60,040 nucleotides of DNA from a virus. The number at the start of each line of letters is the position of its first letter. The stretch's first letter is position 1. Location of the stretch: positions 1-60,040 of IMG/VR virus record IMGVR_UViG_3300044765_000177; one strand, given 5' to 3'. The position numbers were made by a program, and so were the translations under genes. Under the pieces are notes generated by a model that had not been told where the DNA came from, ran no database searches, and saw only the letters and a program-made list of their open reading frames with translations. Shown here in pieces: positions 24,196 to 32,349 of the stretch.

Positions 24196-25539
24196 ATGGC
24201 CTACGCCGAGAAGGTCTACAAGGTCAAGAACGGCAAGCAGACCAAGCAGTACACCTGGCGGGCCCGCTACAAGCGGCCGGACGGCACCTGGGGCAGCGAG
24301 CCCGGATTCCCGACGAAGACGCTGGCCAAGGAGTGGGGCGAGCAGCAGGAAGCCGCCATCCGGTCCGGCACGTGGATCGACCCGGAGAAGGCGCGCACCA
24401 AGTTCGGCGAGTGGGTGCAGATGTGGAAGACGGCCAACGTCAAGCGGCCCCGCACCCAGAGCAGTCGCGCCTACCTCCTGGACAAGCTGCTGCTGCCGGA
24501 GTGGGAGCACACCCCGCTGCAGGAGGTCAACAACGTCTTCGCCGTGAAGGCGTGGGCGACCCGGGCGGCCAAGCCGAACGGCAAGCACGACCCGGACACC
24601 GTCGCGCAGGCCCGGAGCCTGCTGTCGACGATCCTGTCCGGCGCCGAGGACGCCGGGTACATCCCGGCCAACAAGCTGTACGGGCGGCGCATCCTCGTCG
24701 GCGACGGGCACCACGAGGAGGAAGAGGAGGTGTGGGCGCAGCCCGACGAGATCTACCGCATCTACCAGCGCCTGAGCGGGGTGCACGCGCTCATGCCGCT
24801 GGCGGACTGCTATCTGGGGCTGCGCTGGGGCGAGCTCGCCGGCCTGCACCGCGACAACTGCCTCCTCAAGCGCGAGGAGAGGATCGACGGCAAGCCGTTC
24901 GTGCGGCACGTCGTCCGGGTGGACGCGAAGACCGGGTCGCTGCACGAGGACACCTTCGAGCTCGACGCCGACGGCCTGGAGGAGTGGCACCGGGCGGAGG
25001 ACGCCCGCCTCGAGGAGTACCGGGCCAAGGGGTGGAAGGCCAACCGGCGCAAGCCGCCCAAGAACATCGTGAAGCTGTACCTGGGGCCGCCCAAGAACAA
25101 GTACTCGGCGCGCGAGGTGGACGTCCCGGAGTTCCTGGTGCGCCTGCTCGCCGAGCACATCGAGGCGTGGCCGCACGAGCATCCGTTCTCCACGCCGGGC
25201 GGGCAGTTCTGGCGGCGCGGCAACTTCACGCGCGCCCAGCTGCGGCCCGCGGCCGACGGGCGGGAGGCGGTCCCCCGCAAGCGCGGGTTCGCCGGCCGGG
25301 AGGCGTGGGAGCCGATCCTGCCGGGCTTCACGATGCGCGGGGCCCGGCACACCCACGACACGTGGATGAAGGACGACGGGGTGGACAGGGCGCTGCGGTT
25401 CTTGACGATGGGGTGGGTGCCGAAGGACATTGAAGGGACCTACGAGCACGTGACGCCGGAGATGCGCAGGCACCGACTGCGGAGTCTGGAGGCGCGGTGG
25501 GAGCGCGGGATGCGGGTGGCGTCCCGGGCCGCACGGTGA
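24196..25539 (+). CDS. int: Tyrosine integrase (447 aa)
   Basis: ATG 24196; LGLRWGE (Arg), RGARHTHDTW (box II), EGTYEHV (Tyr); adjacent to the attP-like tRNA fragment. Confidence 0.9.
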   Translation: MAYAEKVYKVKNGKQTKQYTWRARYKRPDGTWGSEPGFPTKTLAKEWGEQQEAAIRSGTWIDPEKARTKFGEWVQMWKTANVKRPRTQSSRAYLLDKLLLPEWEHTPLQEVNNVFAVKAWATRAAKPNGKHDPDTVAQARSLLSTILSGAEDAGYIPANKLYGRRILVGDGHHEEEEEVWAQPDEIYRIYQRLSGVHALMPLADCYLGLRWGELAGLHRDNCLLKREERIDGKPFVRHVVRVDAKTGSLHEDTFELDADGLEEWHRAEDARLEEYRAKGWKANRRKPPKNIVKLYLGPPKNKYSAREVDVPEFLVRLLAEHIEAWPHEHPFSTPGGQFWRRGNFTRAQLRPAADGREAVPRKRGFAGREAWEPILPGFTMRGARHTHDTWMKDDGVDRALRFLTMGWVPKDIEGTYEHVTPEMRRHRLRSLEARWERGMRVASRAAR

Positions 25540-25585
25540 GCTAGCGGCGGAGCCCGTCCCCCAAAAATCTCCTAAATGATCTACC

Positions 25586-25618
25586 AGAGGCCCCTTGCGG
25601 ATCATGCAAGGGGCCTCT
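25586..25618. terminator. 13-bp perfect-stem hairpin (AGAGGCCCCTTGC ggatcat GCAAGGGGCCTCT) after int
   Basis: Read directly. Confidence 0.7.
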
Positions 25619-25626
25619 GACCTGGG

Positions 25627-25668
25627 TGGGCGCGGACGGTTTCGAACCGCCGACATCCTGCTTGTAAG
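25627..25668 (-). other. tRNA 3-prime half (anticodon loop to discriminator; loop CTTACAA suggests Val-TAC): attP core candidate
   Basis: Minus strand CTTACAAGCAGGATGTCGGCGGTTCGAAACCGTCCGCGCCCA gives a good T-arm and acceptor 3-prime strand; no matching 5-prime acceptor or anticodon-stem strand upstream. Confidence 0.7.
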
Positions 25669-26185
25669 AGCGGATGTCCGCCGGTACCCGACTTGAGCGG
25701 CTACGCGATTCAGCAGGGATGTTCGAGCGGAAAGCGCAGTTCAGGGGGCTGGTGAGCGGCGCATCTTTCAGCACGAGCCACTCCGCACTACCTTGGCAGA
25801 ACCTCGGCAGGTACTCGGTAGCGCTCGCGGTCGTCCCCTAAATATCCCCTAAGGGATCACCGCGTTGTTGCACGTCAGACGGTCAGACGGCCCCCCGCCT
25901 CCCACGGCGGAGAGGTGCGGGGGGCCGCCCCAAGTGCCGGCCCCGGCCACCTCGGGGGGGCAACCTCTGGTGCGAGGCCGGCACGTCTGTGGTGCTTCGA
26001 CCTGTCCTGTTGCCTGTCGGTGCAGGTCGATGCCGCAGTTCACCCGAAGGAGTGAACAGACGTTCGATTCTTGGACACTACATGGAGCCCTGCGGCATAT
26101 GCCAGACGGGCCGCAGGGATCAAGATCGAAGAATGAGTCAGATCTGCTGCTGACTTATGATCATGAGCGGTAAAGCGTTGAGCGG

Positions 26186-26416
26186 GTGCCAGCCGATCAA
26201 CCCGAGTGGGTCCCCGCGGCCCGCCGTGCGGTCGGCGACCGCATCCGCGTGCGACGCCTCCACCAGAACATGACCCAGGAGTCCCTCGCCCACGCGGCCG
26301 GAATCGACCGGTCCACGGTCCAGCGCATGGAAGCCGGCAGCGAGATGAAGCTGACGCACCTCTTGCTGGTGGCTCACGCTCTGCGGGTGCACGTCACCGA
26401 CCTCCTGCATGACTGA
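26186..26416 (+). CDS. XRE-family HTH regulator (76 aa)
   Basis: NMTQESLAHAAGIDRSTVQRMEAG; GTG start. Confidence 0.75.
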   Translation: MPADQPEWVPAARRAVGDRIRVRRLHQNMTQESLAHAAGIDRSTVQRMEAGSEMKLTHLLLVAHALRVHVTDLLHD

Positions 26417-26457
26417 GGACGGCAGCATGGCCGCTTCCTGACCGGCCGCCGGGGCTG

Positions 26458-26487
26458 AACAGGAGTCAACAGCATGTTGATCCTGTT
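26458..26487. terminator. Near-perfect palindrome AACAGGAGTCAAC agcat GTTGATCCTGTT between convergent genes
   Basis: Read directly; lower G+C. Confidence 0.5.
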
Positions 26488-26593
26488 GGGAAGGCTGTGC
26501 CGTGCATCGATTCGCTCGAATTTTGCCCGCACCTTGCCCGTCGGTCACCGACCGTTCATCCCCTGGCCAGCGCCTTTCCACCTGGGCAAGCCG

Positions 26594-26935
26594 TCACGCC
26601 TCCGAGACAACCGCGGCGAGCCTGCGCGCGGCGCCGCCAAGGGTGGCGACGTGGAGCGCGGCGGACCGCAGCCCCAGCCCGAGGTCTCCACACAGCGCCC
26701 CCTGGGCGGCGAGGAGGGCTTCCTCGCACGCCTGCCACTCAGGGGCCCCGTGCGGGAGCTGGTCCTGGCGCGCGCGGACCCGCTCGGCGAGGTCGCGTAT
26801 CGCGGCGCGCAGTTCGCGGGCGAGGCGCCGGCAGTCGTCGATGACGGGGAGGATCCCGGCGGCGGCCTCGGCTTCGGCGATGAGGTCGTCGTAGCGCTGG
26901 TGTACGGCGGGGGCTGGCTCCGTATGGTGTGGCAT
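26594..26935 (-). CDS. Helical hypothetical protein (113 aa)
   Basis: ATG 26935 within track ORF 26594..26977. Confidence 0.65.
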   Translation of the reverse strand: MPHHTEPAPAVHQRYDDLIAEAEAAAGILPVIDDCRRLARELRAAIRDLAERVRARQDQLPHGAPEWQACEEALLAAQGALCGDLGLGLRSAALHVATLGGAARRLAAVVSEA

Positions 26936-27098
26936 GTCGACGCTCCGTTCGTCGGCTGCTCCCGGGGCTGCGCGCACCGCGGCCTCGGGAGCCCTTCGTG
27001 CAATTGCAGGCTAGCCCGACTTGTATCGGCCTGTCTCGCGACGTGTCGATACGTAGCCCGAGATGCTGGTATGTAGGCGCCTGCCTAGCGTCGAGATT

Positions 27099-27359
27099 AT
27101 GGCTGCAGACCCGGATGCCGAGATCGACCACGAGGGACCCGTCACCCCGTACCGGCAGCTCGCCGAGATTCTGAAGGCTCGGATCGCACGCGGCGACTGG
27201 CAGGAGGGTCGGCCGATCGCGTCGGAGACTCGACTGGTGCAGGAGTACGGGATCGCCCGGACGACGGTGCGGCGGGCGCTGGACGTGCTCGTCGAGGAGC
27301 AGGTCGTGTGGAAGGTCCAGGGCCGCGGCACCTACGTAGGCCAGCCGCCCGAGAGTTGA
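27099..27359 (+). CDS. Stand-alone GntR-type winged-HTH regulator (86 aa), KorSA-like
   Basis: PYRQLAEILKARIARGDW...ASETRLVQEYGIARTTVRRALDVL; no effector domain. Confidence 0.8.
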   Translation: MAADPDAEIDHEGPVTPYRQLAEILKARIARGDWQEGRPIASETRLVQEYGIARTTVRRALDVLVEEQVVWKVQGRGTYVGQPPES

Positions 27360-27474
27360 GCCAGCAAAGCCAGCCGCAGCCCGACGGCCGGGAGGTAGGG
27401 TTCGGGAAACAGTACGGCCCTCGCAGGTGCTACCAACACCAAGCGAGGGCCTGACCAGAGGAGTAGTGGTCCTC

Positions 27475-28074
27475 ATGGCTGCGCATCAGCCTACCCTTCG
27501 CGACCTGCCCAGCAAGTCTCCGGCCGGCTCATACGTCTACGTCCTCACCTTCAGCACGGGGATCATCAAGGTCGGATACACGGGCAATCCACGGCTTCGC
27601 CTCACCGCGTATCGCACCTCGCTCAGCCCTTTCGGGATCTCCATCGTCGACTACTGGTTCTCCGACCCGCACAGCGAAGCCGCGACCGGCGAGGCGGAGC
27701 TGTTGGACTTCTGCCGCCGGCAGGGGCGCCCCGTCAACGGCGGCGAGTACTTCACGCACATCGACTTCAGAGCCGTCGTCTCGTTCGCACGCACGTTGCC
27801 CTGTACGCCCGCCGACGTTCCGCCGGTTGCAGCGGCCGAGGCCCCGGCGAGCAGCACCCCCTGGAAGCAGGTGGCCGAGGTGATCCGGCAGCGGATCGCG
27901 GACGGCACGTACCCGCCTCGGACGCGCGTCCCCTCGGTCATCCAGCTGGCGACGGAGTTCGGGATCGCGCAGGCCACCGCGCAGAAGGTGCACCGCGGGC
28001 TCCGCGAGGAGGGCCTCATCTACACGGAGCCGGGCCTCGGGTCGTTCGTGAAGGCGCAGCCGCCCGGCTCGTAG
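27475..28074 (+). CDS. Fusion protein: N-terminal GIY-YIG-like T5orf172 domain + C-terminal GntR wHTH (199 aa)
   Basis: YVYVLTFSTGIIKVGYTGNPRLRLTAYR...GEYF, then WKQVAEVIRQRIADGTY...PSVIQLATEFGIAQATAQKVHRGL. Confidence 0.75.
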   Translation: MAAHQPTLRDLPSKSPAGSYVYVLTFSTGIIKVGYTGNPRLRLTAYRTSLSPFGISIVDYWFSDPHSEAATGEAELLDFCRRQGRPVNGGEYFTHIDFRAVVSFARTLPCTPADVPPVAAAEAPASSTPWKQVAEVIRQRIADGTYPPRTRVPSVIQLATEFGIAQATAQKVHRGLREEGLIYTEPGLGSFVKAQPPGS

Positions 28075-28107
28075 CCCGTTGTCGGACCTGCCCGATACGA
28101 TCGGATC

Positions 28108-28287
28108 ATGTCCCCCTCTCCCCCGGTGCCGGGTCGCGCGCGGTCTGCTGCGGTGGTCAACGCGGACATTCGTGCGCTGCTGGAGCGGACGCGGCGGCGG
28201 CTGTCGGATGCGGAGCGGGCGGAGTACGACCAGTTGGTCGCGGAGTACGAGGCGGCCATGCGCGAGGGCGTTACGACCGCAGCGTGA
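28108..28287 (+). CDS. 59-aa hypothetical protein (below the ORF-track cutoff)
   Basis: ATG 28108 to TGA 28287; good third-position G+C; followed by a hairpin. Confidence 0.5.
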   Translation: MSPSPPVPGRARSAAVVNADIRALLERTRRRLSDAERAEYDQLVAEYEAAMREGVTTAA

Positions 28288-28332
28288 GCAGGCAGGAGGC
28301 CGCCCCAGCCGCTGATCCCGGCCGGGGCGGTC

Positions 28333-28557
28333 TCACTTCTCGGTGTCGTTGAGGTCGGTGCGGGCGCCCTTGCCCGGGCGGTCGGCGTGGGCTGCCTTCA
28401 CCTTTTCCGGGTCGTAGAGGGCCTGCGCGCGGTGGCTGACCGGGTGGGGGCGGTAGCTGTGGGCGCGGACCCCCATGCGGGAGAGGGCGCCGCGCGCGCT
28501 GCTCGGCTTGACGCCGAAGTGCGCGGCGACGTCCTCGATGGTCCAGAGGTCAGACAT
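28333..28557 (-). CDS. Excisionase-family (HTH_17) DNA-binding protein (74 aa)
   Basis: LWTIEDVAAHFGVKPSSARGALSRMGV. Confidence 0.75.
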   Translation of the reverse strand: MSDLWTIEDVAAHFGVKPSSARGALSRMGVRAHSYRPHPVSHRAQALYDPEKVKAAHADRPGKGARTDLNDTEK

Positions 28558-28736
28558 CAGGCGGTCGCGTGCTTGCCGACGATGGCCCAGAACTCGCCGC
28601 TGTCGAGGCTGTCGATGTCGACGGCCCCGTACTGCTCCAGGATGTCCGCGAGGATGGCGTCGACGTCGTACTCGCCGTCGCTGGCGTCGGTGGCGGTGAC
28701 GATCTGGTCGCGGAGGTCGCGGCTGGTGAAGGTCAT
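28557..28736 (-). CDS. 59-aa acidic hypothetical protein (below the ORF-track cutoff)
   Basis: ATG 28736 preceded by GAGGGGGA; stop overlaps the next ATG. Confidence 0.55.
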   Translation of the reverse strand: MTFTSRDLRDQIVTATDASDGEYDVDAILADILEQYGAVDIDSLDSGEFWAIVGKHATA

Positions 28737-28838
28737 GAGGTTCCCCCTCGCTCGGGCTTCAGGCTGTTCCTTCGGCCATGACCCAACTATGCATCACGTG
28801 CTGCAAGGTTGGCAAGGGGTTCGACGTAGACTCCCCGC

Positions 28839-29039
28839 GTGGCCGACTTCGAATTTCCCCCTGACCTGATCGAGCTGGAACGTTCCTCCTGGGCCGCGCT
28901 GCAGGCGGGCGAGCTGACCCCGGACCTGGCGGCCGCCGTGCAGGCGGGGGTCACGGCGTTCGCGGCCGAGGGCGGGCACGACCGGTACGCGGTGGAGATG
29001 GGGCTCAAGCGGGCCGTCCGGCACGCCGGCGCGACCTGA
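28839..29039 (+). CDS. Hypothetical protein (66 aa), possibly leaderless
   Basis: ORF track; GTG start 6 nt after TAGACT; followed by a 9-bp-stem hairpin at 29040-29068. Confidence 0.55.
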   Translation: MADFEFPPDLIELERSSWAALQAGELTPDLAAAVQAGVTAFAAEGGHDRYAVEMGLKRAVRHAGAT

Positions 29040-29629
29040 GGCCGCGGCGGAGGGGGTCTGCCGCGGCCTCCGCCCCCGAAAGCAGCAGCCCGGCCCTGGG
29101 TTCCACGCCGGGCCGGGCGCCAGCAACAGCACACCCGCGCTTGACTCGTAGCCAATCTCGGATACGAGCAGGCTACCGCTGGCCACCGACAACGCCGGGG
29201 CAAGCAGCCGCAGGGCCTCCCGTGGGGAGCCGGGAGGTGCGGCGGGCCCCGCCATCGCAGCACGGCGGGGCCCGGGAGGGTTCCGCCTGGGGGGCTGGGA
29301 ACCCGTGCACACACGATGCACCACAATCCGGCCAGAGGGAAAGAGACCGGCCACGGGTTTCTGCCGGACACGCTGGCGCCCCGCCAGGACGGGGGAGCCT
29401 AGCGGGGCGTGCAGCCAGTCTGGCACGCACCCCTGACAGGACGAGGGTGTTCCGCGTACCGTGTGCGGGCGGCCTGCCTCGTTCGCAGCGACCCCCTCGG
29501 GGGCGTGGGGATTACCCCGCTGGCAGGCCGCACCCACACCTTGGGGAGGCGCGATGAGCGACACGTGGTGGGGCTAGGCCCCGGACAGCACACCGCCCCC
29601 GCCCAGTACAGGCGGGGGCGGTCGCGTGT
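29040..29629. other. 590-nt ORF-free, very G+C-rich region packed with perfect stems; candidate structured RNA and/or recombination site
   Basis: Only Arg/Pro/Gly-junk ORFs. Stems include GGGCCCCGCC/GGCGGGGCCC, AACCCGTG/CACGGGTT, GGCCTGCC/GGCAGGCC, and CCGCCCCCGCC/GGCGGGGGCGG at 29596-29625. Confidence 0.5.
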
Positions 29630-30649
29630 TCAGAGGCCGATGTCTTCGCTGGCGGCGTCGGTCCACTTGTCGGCTTCGCGGATGTAGCCCCAGAAGGCGG
29701 GGCTGTTTTCGGCGTGGCCGGACTGTTCGCGGATCTTCTCTTCGCGCTTCCCGGCCCGGCGCGACGTGGTGATGAACCCGGCCCGCATGGAGTGGCCGGT
29801 GAGGCGGACGGCGAGTCCGGCGCGTTCGGCGTTGCGGGCGATGATCTCGCGGACGGCTTCGGCGGAGAGTGCGCGGTCGCCGAGGCGGCCGTGGACGGTG
29901 ATGGGCAGGAAGGCGGGGCCGGTGGTGATGCCTGCGGCGGCGCGCCAGGTGAGCCAGGCGCGGACGGGGCAGGTGTCGGGGTTTTTGCCGTAGCCGACGA
30001 CGACGTCGCGGGGCGGGCGGCCCTTGACGGCGGGCACGTGGACTTCGAGGCCTTGGCTGACGTGGATGATGCCGTCGGCGCGGAGGGCGGCGACTTCGGC
30101 GGAGCGTCCGGCGATGGCGAAGGCCATGAGCCAGAGGGCGCGGTCGCGGAGGCCGGTGAGTCCGTCGGCGACGGCGGCGTTCATCTGGCGCAGCTGTTCG
30201 GGCGTGACGGCGGCAGCTTTGCCCCGGCCGCGCGCCTGCCGTTCGGGGTCGTTCTTGAGCGGCTTGAGGGCTTGCCGGGCGGCGACGGTGGCGGCCTTGG
30301 GGACTTCGACGCCGTGCTCGTTCCGGGCGGTGACGGTGACACCGGTGATCCTGCGGTCGATGCTGTTGGGCGCGGCGAGCTTGATGGTGTCGAGCCAGAC
30401 GACGAACCCGACGAGCGTCCCCTTGGTGACGGCGGTGGACGGCAGGCGGCTGCCGGTGCGTTCGGCGAGCCAGTCGTGGAACTGCTCCCAGAGTGCCCAG
30501 TCGTTGGCGTAGCCGCGCTTGGTGTTGTGGGGGCGGATGGCGTCGAGGTGCTTCTCGGCTGCCCCTTCCATGGCGTGCAGGACGGCGAGCGTCGCAGCGT
30601 CGTAGGCGGCGGGGGCGGCGTCAGGCTGGCGCGGGATGAGCGCGGTCAT
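29630..30649 (-). CDS. Cre/Xer-like tyrosine recombinase without an obvious arm-binding domain (339 aa)
   Basis: AGRSAEVAALR (Arg), GHSMRAGF (HxxR), FWGYIRE (Tyr); Cre-like N-terminal helical core. Confidence 0.85.
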   Translation of the reverse strand: MTALIPRQPDAAPAAYDAATLAVLHAMEGAAEKHLDAIRPHNTKRGYANDWALWEQFHDWLAERTGSRLPSTAVTKGTLVGFVVWLDTIKLAAPNSIDRRITGVTVTARNEHGVEVPKAATVAARQALKPLKNDPERQARGRGKAAAVTPEQLRQMNAAVADGLTGLRDRALWLMAFAIAGRSAEVAALRADGIIHVSQGLEVHVPAVKGRPPRDVVVGYGKNPDTCPVRAWLTWRAAAGITTGPAFLPITVHGRLGDRALSAEAVREIIARNAERAGLAVRLTGHSMRAGFITTSRRAGKREEKIREQSGHAENSPAFWGYIREADKWTDAASEDIGL

Positions 30650-31056
30650 ACAGTGGCCCGCTCTCCCTCAAGCGCGTCAATCGTGGGACACGGGTACGGG
30701 ATGTACGCCACCCACTCTTCGGCCCTCGGCCCGGTGGATCGGCGCACGGAGCATTCGGCGCACCACCTCTGTCCCAAGTGAGTGACCGGGCGGTGCAGCT
30801 TGCGCACGCGAGCAACGGCCGCCGTGGCGGGGGGCTCGGGCGCTTCCGCATCCAGGATCGCGCCGAGAGCGATGGCCAGCCCGATGTCGCCAGCAGTGCG
30901 GTCGCGCCAGAGGATCGTGGCTTCGGTGATCGCCTTGAGCTTCTTGCGGAGTTCGTCGCGTTCGATGCGTCGCTCGCTGGCGGCATCGAACCAGTACTTG
31001 GTGGCTGCGATGTGCTCTTGAATGCCTGCGGCGGGCGCTATCTGAGGCTCGGTCAT
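30646..31056 (-). CDS. Hypothetical protein coupled to the recombinase (136 aa)
   Basis: ATG 31056; stop overlaps the recombinase ATG (ATGA). Confidence 0.65.
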   Translation of the reverse strand: MTEPQIAPAAGIQEHIAATKYWFDAASERRIERDELRKKLKAITEATILWRDRTAGDIGLAIALGAILDAEAPEPPATAAVARVRKLHRPVTHLGQRWCAECSVRRSTGPRAEEWVAYIPYPCPTIDALEGERATV

Positions 31057-31208
31057 GCTCCGCATTCTACCAATTTGTCGCCCGCGATATGGCATGTTAT
31101 CGAGAGCTCACCCACCCCCCGTCGTGTCACAACCCGGTGACGGCCGGTCACCCGCGCGCCGCCCGTGCTCTACGGTGGTCCGACGTTCAACCAGCCTGTG
31201 GGGGGCAC

Positions 31209-31838
31209 ATGCGCATCCGTACCACCGCGGCCTCGGCCGCCCTTCTCCTCGCCACGCTCACCGCCTGCGGAGGCGGCGACAGCAGCGACGACGCGGCGGC
31301 CGACACGAAGCCGGCGCCAGCCGCGAGCAAGAGCGTCGACTGCACGAGCCAGACGGTCAGCCAGGCCGACTGGGTGAAGTACTGCGCCGACAAGGCCAGC
31401 GGCCAGAGCCCGGAGGCGGGTTCGACGGACCTAAAGTTCGGCGAGTCGTACACCTGGCCGGACGGGCTGAAGGTGTCGGTGACCGGCGCGAAGGTGTTCA
31501 CGGACTACGCGGCCGACTACGCCGAGACAGCGGAGCCGGGCCAGACGGACTTCCGGGTGGAGCTGAAGGTGACCAACACGGGCAAGGCGCCGGCGGACTT
31601 GGGTGACCTGTCGGTGATCGTGGAGGGGGCGACGAACGGCGGCGAGGCCGCGGCGACGATGTTCCAGAACGGCTCGCAGCCGCTTGAGGGCAGGTTGGCG
31701 CCGGGGGTGACGGCGACGAAGAACAGCGACAACCAGCTGGAGACGAAGTACGGGCGGAAGGTCGTGGTCACGGTGCAGCGGGCCAGCGACGACTTCAGCC
31801 TGGAGTTCCCGGAGTTCACCGGCGAGATCACCGGCTGA
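31209..31838 (+). CDS. Secreted lipoprotein, DUF4352-like beta-rich domain (209 aa)
   Basis: Signal peptide with lipobox LLATLTAC; ATG 31209. Confidence 0.8.
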   Translation: MRIRTTAASAALLLATLTACGGGDSSDDAAADTKPAPAASKSVDCTSQTVSQADWVKYCADKASGQSPEAGSTDLKFGESYTWPDGLKVSVTGAKVFTDYAADYAETAEPGQTDFRVELKVTNTGKAPADLGDLSVIVEGATNGGEAAATMFQNGSQPLEGRLAPGVTATKNSDNQLETKYGRKVVVTVQRASDDFSLEFPEFTGEITG

Positions 31839-31850
31839 CTACGCGACGAA

Positions 31851-31890
31851 GCGCCCCGCTCCCCTGCTCGCGGCAGGAGGGCGGGGCGCT
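31851..31890. terminator. Long hairpin (GCGCCCCGC...GCGGGGCGC) between the convergent lipoprotein gene and the end of the late operon
   Basis: Read directly. Confidence 0.65.
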
Positions 31891-32019
31891 GTGTCATCCG
31901 GGCTTGGGGGCGGCCTTGGGGGTTGGCGGGGCTGTGGCTTTGCCGAGGGCGATGAGGCTGGCGAGGTCGGCAGCGCCGTCCTTCGGCCGCTCGGGCAGCG
32001 GCACCGGTGTGGGCATCGG

Positions 32020-32349
32020 TCACACTCCAGTTCGATCACGTGAGACCCGCTGGGCCTTCAGCAGCAGCCGGGTCCGCTGGACCATCAGCACAGCGACGGC
32101 GAGCAGCACCAGCGTGCGGGCCGACCGGAGCGCCATCAGCACGCACTCGTCGCCCTGCCAGATCGTGGCCAGCACGGTGTACACGCACAGGGCGCACACC
32201 GCGGCCGCGAAGGACATGAGGTTGCGGCCGACTTCGCTGCGCCACCAGGCGGCCCGCAGGTGGTAGATGACGGCGAAGGCGGCGCAGGCCGCGGCGGCCA
32301 GCGTCGACGCGGTGACGTTCACCCATTCGTCGACACCGAGGTCTCTCAT
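32020..32349 (-). CDS. Membrane protein with ~3 TM helices, lysis-cassette associated (109 aa)
   Basis: ORF track; hydrophobic helices; ATGA coupling to the upstream gene. Confidence 0.7.
   Translation of the reverse strand: MRDLGVDEWVNVTASTLAAAACAAFAVIYHLRAAWWRSEVGRNLMSFAAAVCALCVYTVLATIWQGDECVLMALRSARTLVLLAVAVLMVQRTRLLLKAQRVSRDRTGV

Noticed and set aside
25627-25706. A possible full-length tRNA gene on the minus strand next to int
   Set aside because: Only the 3-prime 42 nt fold properly. No GGGCGCG 5-prime acceptor strand is present. The would-be anticodon stem 5-prime strand (CCGCT) does not pair with GCAGG, and the D-arm region would need a 14-nt loop. I treat it as an attP fragment instead.
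29141-29557. 138-aa plus-strand ORF and the overlapping 256-aa minus-strand ORF (28794..29564) as protein-coding genes
   Set aside because: The translations are Arg/Pro/Gly-rich junk with no start context or motifs. The region is better explained as non-coding structured DNA or RNA.
29040-29629. Identity with a known large RNA (RNase P RNA, tmRNA, group II intron, retron msr/msd)
   Set aside because: I could not find the conserved RNase P core strings, a tmRNA tRNA-like end or tag ORF, or any reverse transcriptase nearby. It is left as an unassigned structured region.
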